Source: an uncultured virus (IMG/VR IMGVR_UViG_3300028591_000162)
Lineage: Duplodnaviria; Heunggongvirae; Uroviricota; Caudoviricetes
DNA: 21,002 bases
Reading direction: 5' to 3' (one strand)
IMG/VR virus record: IMGVR_UViG_3300028591_000162
A model generated the notes under the pieces. The model was not told the DNA's origin. It saw nothing but the letters and a program-made list of their open reading frames with translations, and did not search any database. Below are positions 7,762-15,074 of the stretch, in pieces (positions within the stretch are counted from its first letter, which is position 1; the number at the start of each line of letters is the position of its first letter). The position numbers were made by a program, and so were the translations under genes.

Positions 7762-9243
7762 TTAGAAACCTTTGCCTTTCTGACGCTCATAGACGGCAAC
7801 CTTGCCGTTGTCGCAGTTGACAATCTTGAATTGGACTATTGAGCGAGGAGGAATGTCCGATGGCAGTCCTTTCACCAGTCGCGCAATCACTTCGTCGATG
7901 TTGGAGCAGCCGATGTCGTCGAAACTTGCCAAGCATTTGCCTTGAAAGAAAGCTGCTGCCTTGATGAGCATCTTCGGTGACAGACGGAACACGCTGCTTT
8001 CCTCCTCCTGCGCAGCCTGTTTGCTGGCTTGGTCAGAGAAGAAGATAAAATCAACAACACGCTCGTTCAGTTCCCATGCAGGTGTGAAGTCCAGTTTGAT
8101 GTATCCGCGAGTGATGCGGTGTCCTGCACTATGGTTCATGCCGAAAGCAACCTCAGATATGGACGCGCCGCAATCGTTCTGCGCCACCGTTCCCCATGTG
8201 TGACGGAAAGTATAGACGCAATACCAGTTCTCCTTTGCAATGCCCATGCTCTCACAAATCTTTCGGATGCCTATGTTCACGTTCGCGCTGAAACTGTCGC
8301 TGGTGGTGTGCCTGTCATGGAAGTTGAACTGCCATTCACTGCCTGGTACTGAAGCATACTTCTCAAACAACGGCTTGATTATCTCCGGCACACGCATTTC
8401 AAAGTATGCTCCATCAGAACGGCTGCGCATGGTCTTCGCACGCTTGTAGTGGATGATGCCACCGTGATAGTCCTCCCTGCGCAGGTTGTATAAATCGACC
8501 GTGTTGATGCCTCCAAGACACAATACCATCATGGCTACGTCTCGACCAAGTTCGGGCAACGGCAACTTCATCTTGCTTTCGGGCAGGGGAGAAGAAAAGA
8601 ACCTGCGGCACTCCTCCGCACTGATGGCTCGCTTCTCGGGACGGTCTGCATGTGGTATCTTCACCTTTACCCACGGATTGGTCTTCACTCTGATAAGCCC
8701 GGTGTCATAGTCGTTCAGTTCCTCGATGGCTGCGCGAAACACCTGCCTCATGCACACAGGGTACATTTCCTTTGCCCTGTTCGTCTTCTCCAAACTCTTT
8801 ATCCACTTCGCCACGTTCGTTGAGGTCAGTTGCGAGAACTTCACTTTGGTGGTGCCGAAGTAACGCTCCATGTGCTGGAGTGCCAACTCGTAGTTTTTAG
8901 CGTTCCTCGCCTGTCCGTTGTCGATGAGCCTGTCAATGTGCCGTCGCGCATAGTCAGAGAAGCACAAGTCTTCCTCACCCTTTTGTAGGTAGTCCACAAC
9001 CATTCGTGCAGTCCAGTTGCGAGTGTCCGTCTTGTTCAACTTCGCATTATAGTCAAGAATGAGCGCAGTGCAGAACTGCATCACTACAGGGTCGGTGATT
9101 TCCTTACTCCTTGACAGTTCTCGCTTAGTCACCATCTTGTCCGTCTTGATGTACTGTGTCGTGCGGTTGTGCGTCACTCTGATATAGACAGGAAAGAACC
9201 CGTCATTGCGCATCTTCTGCACACATGCTTTCAGTGTTGCCAT
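7762..9243 (-). CDS. int: Tyrosine integrase (Bacteroidetes type)
   Basis: N-terminal arm-binding motif (FPVYIRVTHNR), SAM-like middle domain, catalytic motifs GGINTVDL, YKRAKT, YTFRHTWGT, MNHS, ITRGY. Confidence 0.92.
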   Translation of the reverse strand: MATLKACVQKMRNDGFFPVYIRVTHNRTTQYIKTDKMVTKRELSRSKEITDPVVMQFCTALILDYNAKLNKTDTRNWTARMVVDYLQKGEEDLCFSDYARRHIDRLIDNGQARNAKNYELALQHMERYFGTTKVKFSQLTSTNVAKWIKSLEKTNRAKEMYPVCMRQVFRAAIEELNDYDTGLIRVKTNPWVKVKIPHADRPEKRAISAEECRRFFSSPLPESKMKLPLPELGRDVAMMVLCLGGINTVDLYNLRREDYHGGIIHYKRAKTMRSRSDGAYFEMRVPEIIKPLFEKYASVPGSEWQFNFHDRHTTSDSFSANVNIGIRKICESMGIAKENWYCVYTFRHTWGTVAQNDCGASISEVAFGMNHSAGHRITRGYIKLDFTPAWELNERVVDFIFFSDQASKQAAQEEESSVFRLSPKMLIKAAAFFQGKCLASFDDIGCSNIDEVIARLVKGLPSDIPPRSIVQFKIVNCDNGKVAVYERQKGKGF

Positions 9244-9307
9244 AATCTGTGTTCCTATCGTTTTTTGTTATACATCTGTATCTTGTTGTTATCTCGGTCA
9301 TTCTGAA

Positions 9308-9567
9308 CTCTAAACACGCTCTAAACATGGGGTCTGAAAACTCGCAACTTTCTCTAAACATTTCCGTTCATTCTGCTCATTTTCCGTGTCGGAATGAACG
9401 AACCTCCATTTACGAAGTTAGGCGGAAGTCCCTTTGTTTTCGGGGCTTACCGCCTAACTCGCTTAGTTTCAAGTTCCGTCGCTTATTCCTCAACGGCTGC
9501 CTGCGCGGCTCTTTTTGGAGCCTCAAAATAAGCGAGTTTGCGGTTTTCTCTAATCAATGTCTAACTC
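9308..9567. other. Putative attP region (arm-type repeats and inverted repeats)
   Basis: CTCTAAACA at 9308, 9319 and 9352; variant CTCTAATCA at 9548; several inverted repeats in between; directly 5' of int. Confidence 0.55.
9416..9459 (-). terminator. Long hairpin, possible terminator between the lysogeny operon and int
   Basis: AGTTAGGCGG (9416-9425) / CCGCCTAACT (9450-9459) perfect 10-bp stem, extended inward by AAGTCCC/GGGGCTT; the U-tract is weak. Confidence 0.5.
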
Positions 9568-9931
9568 ATTCGTTTTTCTCCGTCAGGTCGTAATACAACT
9601 GAACTGCTGCATCAGTAGAAAATGCCTCTGCCCATGTCTTGAAGTCGTATTCCAATCCGCTAACCTCATCGAGGTATGGACTTTCCCAAAGAGCTTCCAA
9701 TGAAGCGTAGGCTTCTGCTGGGTCTTTGCCGTATGCGTCCACCACTTCCGTTCCATATTGCTCAACGAGTATCTTTGCCCAGTCACTTTGCTCACAGCCG
9801 GGATTGAGACGCAACACTTCGAACGCTGCGGCTTTCAGTTCCTCCAGCGTATCATCCTGCTCGTTTGCCTCTGTTACGGCTTTCATCAGCATGGACAGTT
9901 TGCGAAATGCTATGTCTTCTTTACTGCTCAT
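9566..9931 (-). CDS. Hypothetical acidic protein (lysogeny operon cargo)
   Basis: 121 aa; 4-nt ATGA overlap with the upstream gene. Confidence 0.8.
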   Translation of the reverse strand: MSSKEDIAFRKLSMLMKAVTEANEQDDTLEELKAAAFEVLRLNPGCEQSDWAKILVEQYGTEVVDAYGKDPAEAYASLEALWESPYLDEVSGLEYDFKTWAEAFSTDAAVQLYYDLTEKNE

Positions 9932-10158
9932 GGTGCAACAGGTCTTCTTAACGTATATGGGTTTGCGGTCTTATAATGTCCTGCACTATCGGGAACAAGA
10001 AGTTCTTTAGTCCATGTATCCATGACCACTACACCGCCAATAGTTTTATATCTATGATTAAGCGCATTAAGGTACAGACCGCCAAAGAATGCTGCTAATA
10101 GCAACGCTATGACGATATATCGAAAAGGCTTAAATGTCTGTACACGTTCTTCGCTCAT
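9928..10158 (-). CDS. Small single-TM membrane protein (lysogeny operon cargo)
   Basis: 76 aa; hydrophobic helix YIVIALLLAAFFGGLYL; ATGA overlaps on both sides. Confidence 0.75.
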   Translation of the reverse strand: MSEERVQTFKPFRYIVIALLLAAFFGGLYLNALNHRYKTIGGVVVMDTWTKELLVPDSAGHYKTANPYTLRRPVAP

Positions 10159-10502
10159 CGTTCCATCAATATTTTTATTGTACGTTCCTTTTCCTCCAGC
10201 AACTTCTCCAACATAGCCACACGCTCTTGAAGTACAGCATTATTACTACCGGCAATGTTGTTATTGCCAGCAATAGATACACCACCGTGGTCTGATATTG
10301 TTACATTCGCTGGTTCAATCGGATAGAATAACGACATATCTTCACCCAATGCTTCTGCAATGCGTTCCAGCAAACTTGATTTAATGTCGGCAGCAGCAAG
10401 CATTTGGTTAAATGATTGCTGCGACACGCCAAGCAGTTTCGCTATCTGAGATTGCGAAACTTTCTTCTCATAGAGAATTTCTTTTAGCCTATTGCCTGTC
10501 AT
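10155..10502 (-). CDS. XRE-family HTH phage repressor (CI-like), no peptidase domain
   Basis: RLKEILYEKKVSQSQIAKLLGVSQQSFNQML HTH; C-terminal coiled coil; divergent from the early operon. Confidence 0.88.
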   Translation of the reverse strand: MTGNRLKEILYEKKVSQSQIAKLLGVSQQSFNQMLAAADIKSSLLERIAEALGEDMSLFYPIEPANVTISDHGGVSIAGNNNIAGSNNAVLQERVAMLEKLLEEKERTIKILMER

Positions 10503-10504
10503 AC

Positions 10505-10586
10505 AACAATACTTTTATTGTTAATAATTCTTAAATCTACAAAGAAAAACAAGTATTTTATTGTTGGTTACAATACTTTTATTTAC
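10505..10586. promoter_or_regulatory. Three 18-bp operator-like palindromes
   Basis: AACAATACTTTTATTGTT (10505-10522), AACAAGTATTTTATTGTT (10548-10565), TACAATACTTTTATTTAC (10569-10586). Confidence 0.7.
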
Positions 10587-10593
10587 CTTTGCA
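10560..10593 (+). promoter_or_regulatory. Rightward (lytic/early) promoter
   Basis: -7 element TACCTTTG at 10584-10591; ATTG (-33 variant) 20 nt upstream at 10560-10563. Confidence 0.65.
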
Positions 10594-10637
10594 TCGTGTT
10601 TAAGCCTCGTTGCTGTGCAACTGGCTTGTTTTCAAAC

Positions 10638-10671
10638 TGCAAAGGTAATCATTTTTAATTAAATAAACGAA
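10638..10671 (-). promoter_or_regulatory. Leftward (repressor/lysogenic) promoter
   Basis: -7 element TACCTTTG on minus at 10640-10647; TTCG (-33 variant) 20 nt upstream at 10668-10671. Confidence 0.65.
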
Positions 10672-10676
10672 AGAAA

Positions 10677-10901
10677 ATGGCAAAATCTGAATTTCGCGTC
10701 GTTCGAGAAACGCAAGTTAACACTCCCGAAAGCCTTTTGACGGTTGAAAAGGGAGAAACGGTAAGAGTATCGTGCAAGGACTTTTCGCCTTATAGCACGG
10801 TCAAGAGTGCAGCCACACGCCTTAACCAGCGTGCTGGCTGTGTTGAGTTTGAGATAACCACACCCGACAATGGTGCAACTATCATCATCAAAAGAAACTA
10901 A
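10677..10901 (+). CDS. Small first early gene (Cro-position, probable DNA-binding protein)
   Basis: 74 aa; A-rich leader; position opposite the repressor. Confidence 0.7.
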   Translation: MAKSEFRVVRETQVNTPESLLTVEKGETVRVSCKDFSPYSTVKSAATRLNQRAGCVEFEITTPDNGATIIIKRN

Positions 10902-10903
10902 TC

Positions 10904-11128
10904 ATGAAAGAATTGTTCACTCCATTCAGAAACTGGCGCGTTATCGTGCTTGCAGTGCTTGTGATGATCGCTGCCGTGTTCATTCTCGGCGACTGCGACG
11001 ACATGGGTTATCTACTGTTTACAAAGGGTGTTGGCTTCGGTCTCGCCTACATCATCTATCGTCTTGGCAAGTATTGGGATGCCAAGGGCAAAATCAATGA
11101 GTTAACAGCACTCGCAGAAGAAGAATAA
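10904..11128 (+). CDS. Small two-TM membrane protein
   Basis: 74 aa with two hydrophobic stretches; 2-nt gaps to both neighbours. Confidence 0.75.
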   Translation: MKELFTPFRNWRVIVLAVLVMIAAVFILGDCDDMGYLLFTKGVGFGLAYIIYRLGKYWDAKGKINELTALAEEE

Positions 11129-11130
11129 CC

Positions 11131-11406
11131 ATGAGTACCTATATCCAGTTTCCCGACAAGGTGGTGTCATACGACACGTTCATGGACGACCTTTCATCGC
11201 GCATAGTTCGCAAGATGCAGCGTGCGGAGGCAGACCCTAAGACGGTCAGCCAACGAAAGGCTTACTCCATCTTCGGACGTGCCAATGTTGACCGCTGGCG
11301 CAAGGAGGGACGCATACATCCTTGCAAGCGTCCGGGCAAAGTGGAGTATTGCATGGCAGACTTACGACTTCTTCAGCAGACGCAACAAGATTACTTCAAA
11401 CGCTAA
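11131..11406 (+). CDS. Excisionase-like / MerR-type HTH protein
   Basis: VSQRKAYSIFGRANVDRWRKEGRIHP...KVEY pattern resembles winged-helix Xis-like proteins; early operon position. Confidence 0.6.
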   Translation: MSTYIQFPDKVVSYDTFMDDLSSRIVRKMQRAEADPKTVSQRKAYSIFGRANVDRWRKEGRIHPCKRPGKVEYCMADLRLLQQTQQDYFKR

Positions 11407-11411
11407 CGAAT

Positions 11412-11660
11412 ATGGATTACGCAATTTACAAAACTACCGACGGCAAGCACCCTCGCGTTATTCACCGCTTCACACAGGAGGCTTGCAACCACAAGGCAAA
11501 GGCTGCTGCGCGTGAAAAACTAAATGATATGTGGCTCCGCGTCCTCCAGCGTCCGATGCTCCATCACAACCCCAAAGGTACAAAGGACGATTTCCAGTAC
11601 GACTACATGACGAGCGTCAACACTTCCGAGTGCATCCGCTTCTACATAGACAAATTATAA
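11412..11660 (+). CDS. Hypothetical protein
   Basis: ATG at 11412, just after the previous stop (MDYAIYKTTDG...); the ORF-track start at 11322 overlaps the previous gene. Confidence 0.7.
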   Translation: MDYAIYKTTDGKHPRVIHRFTQEACNHKAKAAAREKLNDMWLRVLQRPMLHHNPKGTKDDFQYDYMTSVNTSECIRFYIDKL

Positions 11661-11685
11661 GTTAAACCATTTAATAGTATCAATC

Positions 11686-12657
11686 ATGAGTCAAATCACT
11701 CTCACCGTCGAGCAGCTTAACGAAATGCAGCCCCTCGACATCGTAACGTCGCCTATCGTTCGCGACAAGTTCATCAACATCTATGATACCCTTTGGGGTA
11801 ATGGCACAGGCGAAGCAGCCTACGAGCGCGAAAGCAACTACTTCAACAAGTTGCTGCGCGATACACCCGACCTGCAAAAAGGCACTCACTTCTCTTTGTT
11901 TACAGCGTTTATCGACCTCGCAGTGTGTGGTCTATCGCTTGAACAAGGTACACGCGCCTTGTGCTACCTTATCGGACGCAACCAAAAGACAACTCCGAAA
12001 CTCGACCAGCAAGGCAGACCTTTGAAAGACCAAAAGGGCTACATCATCTACAACTGGGAGGGTCGCGTTGTTCTCACTATCTCTGCTTACGGCGAACTGG
12101 TGCTGCGCGAACGTGCTGGACAGATACGTCATGCCGACAACCCGGTACTGGTGTATGCCAACGACGAGTTTTCTTTCTCTGATAAGAATGGACGTAAGGA
12201 AGTGGAATATGTTTGCCACCTGCCTCACACTGGTCAGCGTATCGTGGCTTGCTACCTCCGTATCACTCGCGCTGATGGGAGCATCGACTACTCTGTCATG
12301 ACAGAAGAAGACTGGGTGCGCCTCGCTCAGTACAGCGCACGTCAGAACAAGAATGGCGGTGCCAATGCTCTCTATGGAGTTGACCAGCAAGGTGTGGTCA
12401 ACATTGACAGTGGTTTCCTCATGGCGAAGTGTATCAAACACGCTTTCAAGACTTATCCAAAAGTCCGTATTGGACGTGGTACTGAGTTGCAGAGCCAGCA
12501 GGTTGAGGAGAAAGAAATTGAAATCAACGACGATTTGTATGGTGTTAACACCGAGACTGGCGAGGTCATGCAGCCAGAGCCACAGCCGTTCGGACCTCCT
12601 GCCAACGACGTTTCTGCAGGTGTAACCGTAGATGCCGGTGATGATGATGGCTTCTAA
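11686..12657 (+). CDS. recT: RecT-family single-strand annealing recombinase
   Basis: SLFTAFIDLAVCGLSL, ISAYGELVL, VLVYANDEF, M(A)KCIKHAFK motifs; acidic tail ending DDDGF. Confidence 0.85.
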   Translation: MSQITLTVEQLNEMQPLDIVTSPIVRDKFINIYDTLWGNGTGEAAYERESNYFNKLLRDTPDLQKGTHFSLFTAFIDLAVCGLSLEQGTRALCYLIGRNQKTTPKLDQQGRPLKDQKGYIIYNWEGRVVLTISAYGELVLRERAGQIRHADNPVLVYANDEFSFSDKNGRKEVEYVCHLPHTGQRIVACYLRITRADGSIDYSVMTEEDWVRLAQYSARQNKNGGANALYGVDQQGVVNIDSGFLMAKCIKHAFKTYPKVRIGRGTELQSQQVEEKEIEINDDLYGVNTETGEVMQPEPQPFGPPANDVSAGVTVDAGDDDGF

Positions 12658-12808
12658 CGAGAGAAAAGAAAGCGCGTGCAAAGGATGTCCGCAAGCCTAT
12701 CGCGCAATCAACGGTCTCTTTTGCTCACGCTTACACAGATATGTAGAGTATTGCTTGGTTCAACCTTGCACAAACATTATTCAATCCACAAAACAGGTAT
12801 CATCATGA
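12647..12808 (+). CDS. Small Cys-rich protein (not in ORF track)
   Basis: MASNERKESACKGCPQAYRAINGLFCSRLHRYVEYCLVQPCTNIIQSTKQVSS; overlaps the recT stop and has an ATGA overlap with 12805 (alternative starts 12641/12644). Confidence 0.7.
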   Translation: MASNERKESACKGCPQAYRAINGLFCSRLHRYVEYCLVQPCTNIIQSTKQVSS

Positions 12809-14007
12809 CAACAGAAATAACAATTTTTGAACCGCAGAATGTAGGCACGATTGCAAAAGTCGCGCCACAGGCTTTCAAAGAGAACAGCGTTTCACACGAC
12901 CGCTGCCTCCAGTTCGGACAGGAACTGCTCAACCGCGTAAATACCGAGGGTATGTCCGACGAACTCGACCAAGAGATTGCAACATTCATTGAACGTGCGA
13001 AGAAGACATTGAAGAAGATGAACGGCAAACGCTCTGCCGTTACCCAACTCTTTGACAACATCCGTTCGGTCTATACAAAACTGGAAAACGAGGTTGACCC
13101 TGCAAAGAAAGGAACGGTTGCAGCACAGTTGCAGGAACACCGAAACAAATACGCTGCCAAGAAACGTGAGGAATACGAGGCAGAGCAGCGCAGAAAGCAG
13201 TTGGAACAGGCTAAGGTGATGGCAAAGAACAAGTATGCTACCGATGTCGAAGACGACCTCCTGCGCCAGTTCAATGCGCTTGTTGCTTCTACGTGTAACC
13301 GTCTTATCGAACTTGACAAGTCTCTGACACTTGAAAATTATGCCATCGTTTACGATGGAGTGAAAAACACCAGCGACCAACTTTCACAGGACTGGTTCAA
13401 TGCGCTTCGTCCCGAAGTGCTGATGCCCTCAGTTCTCTCGCCCGAAGACGCGCGTGCCATCGCTGCCGAAGTGAAGCAGAAGATACAGCAGCGTTTCAAG
13501 GAACAATTCACTTTTGAGATTTCCACCAACCGCGACGACATTCTTGACCGTCTGCCATCCAAGCGCAAGGAATTGGAGCGCATTGCCAAAGCCAACAAGG
13601 AGGAGGCAGAGCGTATCAAGAAACAGATGGAGGAGCGCGAGCGCAAGGAAGCCGAACAGCGAGAGAAAGAACGTGTCGAACGTGAGGCAAAGGAGAAAGC
13701 TGCTGCCGAACTCGCTGCACAGAAGCAGGAAATGGACGGTCTCTTTGGTGCCGCTGAAATACAGGTCAACCAGTATCAGCCGAAAACATCAGTCAAAAAA
13801 CGCCTCAACGTACTAAACTCTGAGGGCTTCATGCAGGTAGTTGGTATGTGGTGGGCGCAACACGGCTGCACACTCTCTGTTGCTGAACTTGAAAAGATTT
13901 TCTCAAAGCAACTGACATACTGCAACAAACTGGCTAACGACAAAGAGCACCCAATCTTTATCCAGTCTGAACATATTGAATACGTGGACGATGTAAAAGC
14001 AAAGTAA
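12805..14007 (+). CDS. Coiled-coil hypothetical phage protein
   Basis: 400 aa from MTTEITIF; long E/K/R-rich coiled coils; sits in the recombination module. Confidence 0.8.
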   Translation: MTTEITIFEPQNVGTIAKVAPQAFKENSVSHDRCLQFGQELLNRVNTEGMSDELDQEIATFIERAKKTLKKMNGKRSAVTQLFDNIRSVYTKLENEVDPAKKGTVAAQLQEHRNKYAAKKREEYEAEQRRKQLEQAKVMAKNKYATDVEDDLLRQFNALVASTCNRLIELDKSLTLENYAIVYDGVKNTSDQLSQDWFNALRPEVLMPSVLSPEDARAIAAEVKQKIQQRFKEQFTFEISTNRDDILDRLPSKRKELERIAKANKEEAERIKKQMEERERKEAEQREKERVEREAKEKAAAELAAQKQEMDGLFGAAEIQVNQYQPKTSVKKRLNVLNSEGFMQVVGMWWAQHGCTLSVAELEKIFSKQLTYCNKLANDKEHPIFIQSEHIEYVDDVKAK

Positions 14008-14009
14008 CT

Positions 14010-14405
14010 ATGTACGAAAGCGGATATTACCCAGCAGGTGCGGAGCATGACCCAAACGCTCCGTGGAACCAGTCAGACCCCGAACCAGTATCGCAGGACA
14101 TCGAGTATTCTTGCACCATGCGTCGCACTGCAACCGTCGAGACTACCAACTATGTGCCTGGTACATGGGAAAAAGACGAGGACGGCTTTGGCTATCGTGA
14201 CGGTGATGATTTCTCCGATACCGATTGGCTGTCCGACTTCAAAGATACCTATCGTACACCGAAAGAACTCATTGACCTGCTCAAAGAAACAGCCAAAGAA
14301 CTTGCCAATGGCAAGATGCCTAACAAGCCAAAATCGTTTTGGAAAGACGTAATGGCTGACTGCGAAAACTGGAGTATTGACGATGAAGAAACAGAAATGC
14401 TTTGA
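14010..14405 (+). CDS. Hypothetical acidic protein
   Basis: 131 aa, begins MYESGYYPAGAEHDPNAPWNQ; tightly packed in the operon. Confidence 0.8.
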   Translation: MYESGYYPAGAEHDPNAPWNQSDPEPVSQDIEYSCTMRRTATVETTNYVPGTWEKDEDGFGYRDGDDFSDTDWLSDFKDTYRTPKELIDLLKETAKELANGKMPNKPKSFWKDVMADCENWSIDDEETEML

Positions 14406-14407
14406 TT

Positions 14408-15070
14408 ATGATGAATATCCAAGATATAAACTACTACGAGCGAAGTGAGGTCAGCAACTCTGACCTCACCGAACTCAAAAACCTGCTCCATCCGCGTCCG
14501 CAGTTTGGCGATAAGGAAGCAGCGTTCCGCTTCGGCTCTCTTGTCGATGCCATCATCACAGAACCCGACCGCGTGAACTACTACCAGTTCACCGTTGACG
14601 ATGTTCAGTACACGGAAGACGAGTTCCGACACGCGCAGGAAATGTACCGCTCTTTGCGTCGGGAGGCTCGCAATGATGCTTTTCTTGCAAAGGTGCTGGA
14701 GATTGCGGACACGCAACGCTGTATGGTAAATAAGCAACAGCAATTCGAGTATGGTGGGTTTGTTTTCACTCTCGACACTCGCTGCAAGTGGGATTGGTTC
14801 CTTGACCTTTTCGGCTTTGGTGGCGACCTCAAAACGACTTTCGCTTCTACGCAGAAAGAATTTGACGAGGCTGTGGACTTCTTCGACTGGGACAGGAGCC
14901 GTGCATGGTACATGGATATAGCACACTCCGACCGTGATTTTATCTACGGCATCAGCAAAAAGAACTGCTGCGTGTTCAAGAAGTTCATCAACCGTGGCGA
15001 CGCTATTTACAACCGTGGACGTGAGAAATATGAAGAACTGGCTTTCCAGTATTGGTGCTTAAACTTATAG
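14408..15070 (+). CDS. PD-(D/E)XK exonuclease, RecE/ExoVIII-like (DUF3799-type)
   Basis: VSNSDL, FRFGSLVDA, RCKWD...GGDLKTT motifs; same operon as RecT. Confidence 0.75.
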   Translation: MMNIQDINYYERSEVSNSDLTELKNLLHPRPQFGDKEAAFRFGSLVDAIITEPDRVNYYQFTVDDVQYTEDEFRHAQEMYRSLRREARNDAFLAKVLEIADTQRCMVNKQQQFEYGGFVFTLDTRCKWDWFLDLFGFGGDLKTTFASTQKEFDEAVDFFDWDRSRAWYMDIAHSDRDFIYGISKKNCCVFKKFINRGDAIYNRGREKYEELAFQYWCLNL

Positions 15071-15074
15071 TCAG

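Noticed and set aside
9361..9540. tRNA, tmRNA or DGR template repeat in the structured region upstream of int
   Set aside because: No T-arm/CCA pattern or tag frame, and no similarity to the VR at 20457-20573.
9483..9569. ATG-AGT-TAG followed by an open frame as evidence of amber stop recoding
   Set aside because: TAG ends ordinary genes here (e.g. 15068-15070) and coding density is high under the standard code.
9249..9593. 114-aa plus-strand ORF
   Set aside because: GTG start, antisense to the operon, spans the repeat-rich att region, no protein-like features.
9770..9777. TATCTTTG promoter-like match antisense inside the 9566..9931 gene
   Set aside because: No convincing -33 element; such a short motif occurs by chance.
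10583..10648. 11-bp inverted repeat as an invertible (phase-variable) promoter
   Set aside because: The repeats are the -7 promoter elements themselves; inverting the inner 44 bp would not reorient either promoter.
12676..12804. N-terminal extensions in the ORF track (also 11322-11411 and 19441-19632)
   Set aside because: They overlap other genes; the downstream ATGs at 12805, 11412 and 19633 fit the operon packing better.
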